Shown piece by piece: positions 57,749 to 64,000 of a stretch of 64,000 nt of DNA. The notes beneath the pieces were generated by a model. The model did no database searches. It was not told the origin of the DNA and saw only the letters and a list, made by a program, of their open reading frames with translations. The stretch comes from Pedobacter sp. (GTDB taxonomy: Bacteria; Desulfobacterota; Desulfuromonadia; Desulfuromonadales; Syntrophotaleaceae), in NCBI GenBank assembly GCA_050253415.1, contig JBFWJC010000001.1, positions 1,000,679 through 1,064,678 on the forward strand. Direction: 5' to 3'. A program made the position numbers and the translations under genes. Numbering within the stretch: the first letter of the stretch is position 1; each line of letters begins with the position of its first letter.

Positions 57749-58561
57749 TCAGACCACGCCCAGGATGACACTCGATTCCTGCACCACCGCCCAGGCTTCA
57801 TCGCCTTCGTGCAGTTCAAGGGCCTGGTCGCTGGTCTTGGTCAGAGTGGCGCTGACCGTGTTGCCACCGGGCAGTTCCAGGGTGATTTCGCAGTCTACGT
57901 GTCCCTCGACAGTGCGCTGGATGGTGCCGCGCAGGATGTTGCAGGCGCTGAGCTTGGCAGAGCCGAGGTCTTTGACGATCATCACCGCCGGCGCCTTGGC
58001 CATGGCAACCACTTCAGAGCCGATCTCCAACTCCAGGGCCTCGACGCTCTCGTTGGTGATAAGGGACGACAGCCGATCTCCCCCTTTGAGTTTCAGGGTG
58101 ACCAGCGTATTGATGGCACCTTTTTGCATTTGGGCAATCTCGCCGGACCACATGTTTCTGGCGCTGACTTTCATGTTGACCTTCCTCAGAAATTGGTAAA
58201 ATCCCTCGCCGTCTTCCAGATGTTTGCCGATGGAGCGTAAAAAACGTTCGTGCTCCTCCTGAATCAGGCGATAGCGATGAATGACTTCCTTGCCGGCTTC
58301 GGTCAACTGGGTGCCGCCGCCCCCGCGTCCACCTGTGGTCTTGATGACCAGCGGTTGGTCGGAGAGGTTGTTGAGCATTTCGATCTGCTCCCAGGCGGTT
58401 TTATAGCTGATCCCGACCGCTTTCCCGGCTTTGGTGATGGAACCCAATTCACCGACCTGCTCCAGCAGGCGGATGCGGCTGCTGCCGAGAAAGTCCTGGC
58501 CGGACTTTTTAAACCAGAGGGAGCCCGTCAGACTGAGGTCTTCCGCTATTTTCTTTTTCAC
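57749..58561 (-). CDS. modE: ModE-family regulator (HTH plus 2 TOBE)
   Basis: GSITKAGKAVGISYKTAW, GGRGGGG, VSARN and LSACN TOBE starts. Confidence 0.92.
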   Translation of the reverse strand: MKKKIAEDLSLTGSLWFKKSGQDFLGSSRIRLLEQVGELGSITKAGKAVGISYKTAWEQIEMLNNLSDQPLVIKTTGGRGGGGTQLTEAGKEVIHRYRLIQEEHERFLRSIGKHLEDGEGFYQFLRKVNMKVSARNMWSGEIAQMQKGAINTLVTLKLKGGDRLSSLITNESVEALELEIGSEVVAMAKAPAVMIVKDLGSAKLSACNILRGTIQRTVEGHVDCEITLELPGGNTVSATLTKTSDQALELHEGDEAWAVVQESSVILGVV

Positions 58562-58714
58562 GCAAAACTCCTTGTCGCAGAGACGATTTGATAACTATGC
58601 AACTAATTTAGTGGGTTTGCAGTGATAAGGCAAATGCTAATCGTATTTTTTCGGGAGTTCTAATATCCGGCAAACCTTTGTTGCGGAATCCGTTGGTAAT
58701 GACTGGATAGCTAT

Positions 58715-60790
58715 TCAGGGATGAGGTCCGGAATTGACAAGGGCAGAGGATAGGCGCGGAGTGGAATTATACAGGAGAGTCCTGTTCAATGCCTCGGCCA
58801 GGCATGGCTTGTGGAATAAAAAACCCTGACCGCGCAGGCAGCCCATGGCCAGTAGCAGGTGATGTTGCGCAAAGGTTTCGATCCCCTGGGCAATGGCGAC
58901 CAGGCCGAGATTGCGGGCCATTGCCAGCATGGCGCCGACCATGGCTGCATCGCTTTGACTGTGAGGCAGGTTTTGGATAAAGAGCCGGTGGATTTTAAGG
59001 TAATCGAATGGCAGGGTTTTAAGTTGCTGCAGAGAGGTGTAGCCCATGCCGAAATTGTCCAGTGACCAGCGAACCCCGAGGTCTTTGACGCTATGAAGGA
59101 TGCCCTCGGCCCGATCTGCGGTTTTTTGCAGGGTCGGTTCATTGATCTCCAGTTCCAGACAATCGGGGGGCAGTCCTGTCTCGCGGAGGATGCCCGCAAT
59201 GCTTGTTGCAAGATCCGACTGTCGGAATTGGCTGCAGGAAAGGTTGACCGCTACGGGAAGTTGGCATCTGCCGGGTTGTTGCCATCCGGCAGCTATGTCG
59301 CAGGCTTTTCTCAGGATGCTGTTGCCAAGGGCTGCCATCAGGCCCATCTCTTCAAGTCGTGGCAGAAAAGTTTCGGGGGACACTATCGATCCATTGGGAT
59401 GACGCCAACGCAAAAACGCTTCGACCGCAACGGGTTGTTGTGTGGCAAGCTCGTAGCGGGGTTGAAACAGCAGGAAAAACTCGCGATTATTCACCGCCCG
59501 GTGCAATTGGTTTTCCAGTTCCAGTTGCGCCACCAGGGCCTGGTTCATCTCTGGGGAAAACAACTGATAGCTGTTGCCACGTTCCTCTTTTGCCACATAC
59601 ATCGCAGTGTCGGCGTTGCGTAGCAATAGATCGGCGGAAATGCCATCATCGGGAAACACCGCCACCCCGATACTGGCGGTGATAGCGATATGGTGATTAT
59701 TTATTCGATATTCCTTTGACAGGGTGGTCAAGATTTTCTCTAGAATTCTTGGGAGGTTGGCCTGGTCGCGAAAGCCAGAGAGTAGAATAATGAATTCATC
59801 CCCGCCAAAGCGCGCAACGGTATCATTGCTACGCAGGCATTGTTGCAGGCGCTGACCGGCGATTTTAAGGAGCTCGTCGCCAATGGCATGTCCCAGTGTA
59901 TCGTTGACCTGCTTGAAACGGTCGAGATCGACGAATAAAAGGGCCAACGAATGATTGAACCGATTGGCTTCCGCCAAGGCCTGGGTGATCCGGTCGTCGA
60001 GTAGCGCACGGTTTGGCAGTCCGGTCAGTTGGTCGTAGTAAGCCAATTGCTCGATGTGGGATTTTTCGGGTTGAAGATTTTTCGGACTCGTAAACACGCC
60101 GATGGTGTATTGACGGTTGTGCGTGGCGATGGACGACAGCCACAGCTCGGCCGGCAAGGTCGAACCGTCTTTGCAACGGCAGATGACTTTGCGCGGGCTG
60201 CGGGGTTGGTCGGGATATCGGGTGGAAAAAAAATGAGGCCAGTCATGTTCCGGATGAGCCTGATCCTGCCACGGGGCGAGAATGGCGTGAAGGTTTTGTC
60301 GGAGCATTTCTTTGCGATCGTAACCGAAAAGGGCTGTGGCCCGAGGGCTCCAGTCGCGAACCAGGCCCTGATGGTCCAGCATGACAAACGCCGCCAGGTT
60401 CGCTTCGGCCATGTCCTGCATCATTCTCAAGCATTGCCGGGTTTGCAGTTTGACCAGGAATCGGCTGGTGATATCTTGAAAAGTTGCCCTGATAGCGCCT
60501 TGCAGCGCCGGAGTAGCGTGGGTGAAATGCCCTTGCAGATATCGGGTTTGCCCTTTTCGGGTCTGGCAGGCCAGCAAAGCCGAAGTCGCAGGGTACTCCT
60601 GGAGTTTGGCGAGGATTTGTTGCCAGCGGTTTTTCTGTGAAGGCAACAGGAGGTTTTGCAACAAGGGCCGCGGATGTTGGGCCGACGGATAGCCCAGCAT
60701 CGTTTCCCAGGCACTGCTTGCCGCGATGATGAGTCCGTCCGGTTGCACGATGCAGAAAAGATTGCTCTGGTTGTTCAGGGTAGCCCCCAT
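58715..60790 (-). CDS. PAS-PAS-GGDEF-EAL protein (EAL degenerate)
   Basis: DQLTGLPNR, RFGGDEF intact; EAF, DNFGMGY and AQGIET replace EAL, DDFGTGY and AEGVET. Confidence 0.88.
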   Translation of the reverse strand: MGATLNNQSNLFCIVQPDGLIIAASSAWETMLGYPSAQHPRPLLQNLLLPSQKNRWQQILAKLQEYPATSALLACQTRKGQTRYLQGHFTHATPALQGAIRATFQDITSRFLVKLQTRQCLRMMQDMAEANLAAFVMLDHQGLVRDWSPRATALFGYDRKEMLRQNLHAILAPWQDQAHPEHDWPHFFSTRYPDQPRSPRKVICRCKDGSTLPAELWLSSIATHNRQYTIGVFTSPKNLQPEKSHIEQLAYYDQLTGLPNRALLDDRITQALAEANRFNHSLALLFVDLDRFKQVNDTLGHAIGDELLKIAGQRLQQCLRSNDTVARFGGDEFIILLSGFRDQANLPRILEKILTTLSKEYRINNHHIAITASIGVAVFPDDGISADLLLRNADTAMYVAKEERGNSYQLFSPEMNQALVAQLELENQLHRAVNNREFFLLFQPRYELATQQPVAVEAFLRWRHPNGSIVSPETFLPRLEEMGLMAALGNSILRKACDIAAGWQQPGRCQLPVAVNLSCSQFRQSDLATSIAGILRETGLPPDCLELEINEPTLQKTADRAEGILHSVKDLGVRWSLDNFGMGYTSLQQLKTLPFDYLKIHRLFIQNLPHSQSDAAMVGAMLAMARNLGLVAIAQGIETFAQHHLLLAMGCLRGQGFLFHKPCLAEALNRTLLYNSTPRLSSALVNSGPHP

Positions 60791-61076
60791 GCATGAATAT
60801 TCGATGAATACGGATAGCCCTGAGAGTGCATGCGCCCAGTCGCAATTACGCTACCGCATGAAAACGAATCTGCGGTCCGGGTATATGCGACGAGGCCTTA
60901 ACTGTCAAAAACCAAAGTCTTAGGATCTCTTTTGACTAAGGTGGAAAGCCTTGTTTGTTGCATAGTAAGGGCTTTGTAATAAAAAGAAATCATTATTTAG
61001 TTTTATTTTTAAGTAGTCAAGAAAAAAGCTTGCTATCTAATTAGAGTCATCTTTTTTCTTAGGCCTCCGGCCAAAG

Positions 61077-62720
61077 ATGCGCCGCTTTACATTTCGTCGA
61101 AGATATCCGAGTATGTGGCCATCTGATCATGTCCATCATGAGGCCCGGCCAGGTTTGGCAGTAAAAGAGAGGATGACGGTTATGCAGCAGTTCAAGGGGG
61201 GCGACAGACAGGTTTCGATTGCGTTGAACCGGATCAGGAGCCGCGTGTCCCAACTCGCTCGAACGGTTGCCACGGATCATGCTAATGCTGAAAACAGCCG
61301 ATTGTGTGTTGAATGTTTGAGAGATGTTGCAAGTCTTGTTGAACAGGTTTCCCCTCAAACCTTTGAAGACAAAGAGGCACTGGTTCGGTTGGTTCATGAA
61401 CTTGAGAGTGGGGACAGGATCGCTCCGAATGCGGCTTTCATTCTGCAATCGGGGACACGGGTTGCTGATGGTCTTCGTCGACTTCCGACAGCTCACCGGT
61501 TTTTGGATCTGGAACGTAATCAGCTGCAGAGTATTTTTTCCGCCACCACCAATCTGGTGATGGTTACGAACCACGAGGGGATGGTCACGCTTCTTAACCC
61601 GGCGGCTGAACAATTTTTTGCAGGAAAGTCCTGGCGCAGCGTAGCGTTCTGGCAGTTGTTGGAATTACCAGGCAGCGAACTGCAGCAGGTGTTGGCCGCT
61701 TATACACCGGAAGACCATCACGAAATCTACCTTGCCGAGGCCGGGCAGTGGTTTAATCTGCGACTGGTGCCTTTTGACCCGTACGCCCAGGTTCCGGCCG
61801 GTTTCATTCTGATCCTTAATGACATAACCTGGCTGGTCGATAGCCGGCAACATCTTGAAAAGCTGGTCGCCGACCGAACCCACGCTCTGGCCAATTCGGA
61901 AAAGATGCTGCGCCTCATTTTTGATTCGGTCGGTAACGGCATTCTGCTGCTGAGCGACGATTATCATATCGTCAAGGCGAATCAGCGGGCGGGGCAGATC
62001 CATGCGTGTCATCCTGACGCGTTGGTTGGTAAGGATTTGCGTGATTTGACCGACAACCAGGGGCGTTGGACGTTGATCTCCTGCGTTGCCGCCTTGAACG
62101 AAGAATCGAGTATGAGTGCCGAGATTCAGGTGCGGCGCTCCGATGGCACCATGCTGCCGGCCAGTTTCATGGTAACGCGCGTCGAGATAGACGGGCGTAT
62201 TTTCTGGCCGGTAATCGTTCGGGATATTTCCCGTCAGAAAGCCCTGGAAGAACGCTTGCTCATGGAAAAGCAGCAGGTTGAAGAAATGAACGTAACGCTG
62301 CGCAATGTTATGAAGAGCGTTGACGGTGATCGCAAGGAATTTGAAAACAACCTTGCCAGACGCATTCGTACCCAGTTGCTGCCGGCGCTGGACCGTGTTG
62401 GCGCCGAACCTTCTGCGAATATTCGCGCAAGCTATCTGGACCTGGTGCGGGAACAGCTTGTCGGATTGACCAGCGGTTCCGCCTCGGAAATTGATGCCAG
62501 CTTGTTGAAACTGAGCAAAACCGAAATACGCATCTGCCAGTTTGTTCAGGCCGGGAGTTCCACCAAGGATATCTGCGAAGCGATGAATCTGGCATTTGAA
62601 ACGGTTCAGACGCATCGCAAAAACATTCGCCGCAAACTGGGTCTGCGCGGCAAAAATGTCAATCTTCACTCCTACCTTATAGGTCGTCGCTCTCTGCTCG
62701 CCTCTGTGGACGATAATTAA
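61077..62720 (+). CDS. PAS-PAS-LuxR HTH transcriptional regulator (true start may be ~61173-61182)
   Basis: Two PAS domains (LLNPAAE, ANQRA...IVRDIS); LSKTEIRIC...TVQTHRKNIRRKLG LuxR HTH. Confidence 0.88.
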   Translation: MRRFTFRRRYPSMWPSDHVHHEARPGLAVKERMTVMQQFKGGDRQVSIALNRIRSRVSQLARTVATDHANAENSRLCVECLRDVASLVEQVSPQTFEDKEALVRLVHELESGDRIAPNAAFILQSGTRVADGLRRLPTAHRFLDLERNQLQSIFSATTNLVMVTNHEGMVTLLNPAAEQFFAGKSWRSVAFWQLLELPGSELQQVLAAYTPEDHHEIYLAEAGQWFNLRLVPFDPYAQVPAGFILILNDITWLVDSRQHLEKLVADRTHALANSEKMLRLIFDSVGNGILLLSDDYHIVKANQRAGQIHACHPDALVGKDLRDLTDNQGRWTLISCVAALNEESSMSAEIQVRRSDGTMLPASFMVTRVEIDGRIFWPVIVRDISRQKALEERLLMEKQQVEEMNVTLRNVMKSVDGDRKEFENNLARRIRTQLLPALDRVGAEPSANIRASYLDLVREQLVGLTSGSASEIDASLLKLSKTEIRICQFVQAGSSTKDICEAMNLAFETVQTHRKNIRRKLGLRGKNVNLHSYLIGRRSLLASVDDN

Positions 62721-62957
62721 AGTCTATACCCGTAAATAAGCAGTTTTTTTGTTTTTGAGCACAAAGTTTTGCCGGTGTATACATTATTGAACACCTGTGT
62801 AAGCGGTTTTGTGTTCGATCGGGTACATGGATATACCCTTTAATACCCCGATAGCTCACCTGTTTGACACTTTCTCTGTGTGCTATAAAGCGATTCAGAA
62901 GGTTCTTTCGCGCCCTCAACGGTTTGCGGCTGGAGGTAGCAGACCTTTGGTGCGCGC

Positions 62958-63060
62958 TAGTCTCCGAGCCAGGCTTGCCTAAGGGGAAGGTCCTCAGGGT
63001 GGCTGGCCAAAGGGTTTCGCTGGAAACGGCGGTGCCTCCCACGTTTGGAAAGGAGATAAA
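62958..63060 (+). ncRNA. Moco RNA motif, probably tungsten-cofactor (Tuco) type
   Basis: TCTCCGAGC...CCTAAG...GGT...GAAA tetraloop stem...GCCTCCC ACGTTT GGAAAGGAGA, upstream of AOR. Confidence 0.85.
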
Positions 63061-63106
63061 CCGCAGTCCTGTTCCTGTTATTTCGCATTGGGAGGAAGTT
63101 AACACT

Positions 63107-64000
63107 ATGCACATCGTTCGCGTAAATATGTCTGACCTTACCGTCAAGACCGAGGAAGTACCCGCCGCATGGATGACTCTTGGCGGTCGCGCCCTGACAA
63201 CGACTATCGTGGCGGCAGAGGTGAAGCCGACCTGTCACCCGCTCGGTCCTAACAATAAACTCGTTTTTGCTCCCGGTATGCTGTCGGGTACTCCGGCTGC
63301 CAACTCCGGGCGCATGTCTCTCGGCGGTAAGAGCCCTCTGACTTACGGCATTAAGGAATCCAACTCCGGCGGCACCACGGCTCAGCAGTTCGCTAAACTG
63401 GGTATCCACGCCATGATCATCGAGGGACGTCCCAGCGAAGACAAATGGTATCGCCTGCACGTTGACAAGGATGGCGTAACGATCCATGAAGAGACCGAAG
63501 TCGTTGGGATGCAGAATTTTGCCGTCATTGCCGAGATGGAAAAACGTTTCGGCGACAAGATCGGTGTCATGACCATCGGTATCCCCGGTGAAAAACGTAT
63601 GGCCGCGGCCAATATTTCCGTAAAAGACCCCGATCATAAGATCCGTTCCCACGGGCGTGGTGGTATGGGCGCGGTTATGGGATCCAAGAAGATTAAATGC
63701 ATCACCGTAGACAGCACCGGCGCCGGCAAGGTGGAGATTGCCGATCCCGACAAGTTCAAAAAAGCCGCCCGCGTTTTTGCCAAAGCCATACTGGATCACC
63801 CGGTTACCGGCCAGGGACTGCCGACTTACGGCACCAACATACTGGTTAATATCCTTAACGAAGCCGGCGGTCTGCCGACCAAGAACTTTCGCTACGGTCA
63901 GTGGGAACATCACGACAAGGTGTCAGGCGAAACCATGCACGATACCATCGTAGAGCGTAACGGGCATCCCAAGCATGGTTGCCATGCCGGCTGTATTATT
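63107..64000 (+). CDS. aor: aldehyde:ferredoxin oxidoreductase, tungsten-dependent family (truncated by window end)
   Basis: Manual translation: MHIVRVNM...LGGRAL...CHPLGPNNKLVFAPG...KSPLTYGIKESNSGG...GRGGMGAVMGSKKIK...GCHAGCII; missing from ORF track because open-ended. Confidence 0.93.
   Translation, partial: MHIVRVNMSDLTVKTEEVPAAWMTLGGRALTTTIVAAEVKPTCHPLGPNNKLVFAPGMLSGTPAANSGRMSLGGKSPLTYGIKESNSGGTTAQQFAKLGIHAMIIEGRPSEDKWYRLHVDKDGVTIHEETEVVGMQNFAVIAEMEKRFGDKIGVMTIGIPGEKRMAAANISVKDPDHKIRSHGRGGMGAVMGSKKIKCITVDSTGAGKVEIADPDKFKKAARVFAKAILDHPVTGQGLPTYGTNILVNILNEAGGLPTKNFRYGQWEHHDKVSGETMHDTIVERNGHPKHGCHAGCII

Noticed and set aside
56901..58199. 432-aa plus-strand ORF (similarly 42384..43505, 16905..18110, 20901..22064, 26325..27488)
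   Set aside because: Antisense shadows of well-supported genes, expected in GC-rich DNA
58594..60966. 10-mer GTTGCATAGT in inverted orientation on both sides of the GGDEF-EAL gene
   Set aside because: Too short to distinguish from chance; no transposase or target duplication; not a ModE-box palindrome
62957..63913. 318-aa minus-strand ORF
   Set aside because: Antisense shadow of the plus-strand aor gene
1..64000. CRISPR array, rRNA, transposase genes
   Set aside because: No regularly spaced repeats, rRNA-like segments or transposase motifs noticed by eye

Overview
A 64 kb, GC-rich chromosomal window. Gene content suggests an anaerobic Desulfuromonadales-type deltaproteobacterium (Pelobacter/Syntrophotalea-like); this is an inference. 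Most of it is housekeeping: a TPP-riboswitch-controlled thiF-S-G-H-E operon, DAHP synthase, yggT-divIVA-DUF167, xerC, ppc, ssb, plsC-rnj-ftsK, nfeD-SPFH, mltG-plsY, tRNA-Pro(CGG), a full porin-phoBR-pstSCAB-phoU phosphate locus with a shared Pho-box-like motif, modE, and a Moco/Tuco-type RNA ahead of a truncated aldehyde:ferredoxin oxidoreductase. The standout is an accessory cluster at about 18.2-24.2 kb. It encodes a D-Asp-ligase-like ATP-grasp enzyme, a D-2-hydroxyacid dehydrogenase, PEP mutase (EDKxxxxxNS), a membrane protein and a FemAB/GNAT-like protein, and lies divergent from an Amj lipid-II flippase. No phosphonopyruvate decarboxylase is present, which suggests a phosphonolactate-based cell-envelope modification pathway. 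Also notable are a family 1 encapsulin with a ferritin-like cargo carrying an atypical targeting tail, a coupled FRG-deaminase pair, and a 169-bp palindromic MITE-like element. Annotations come from motif recognition by eye; no database searches were run.
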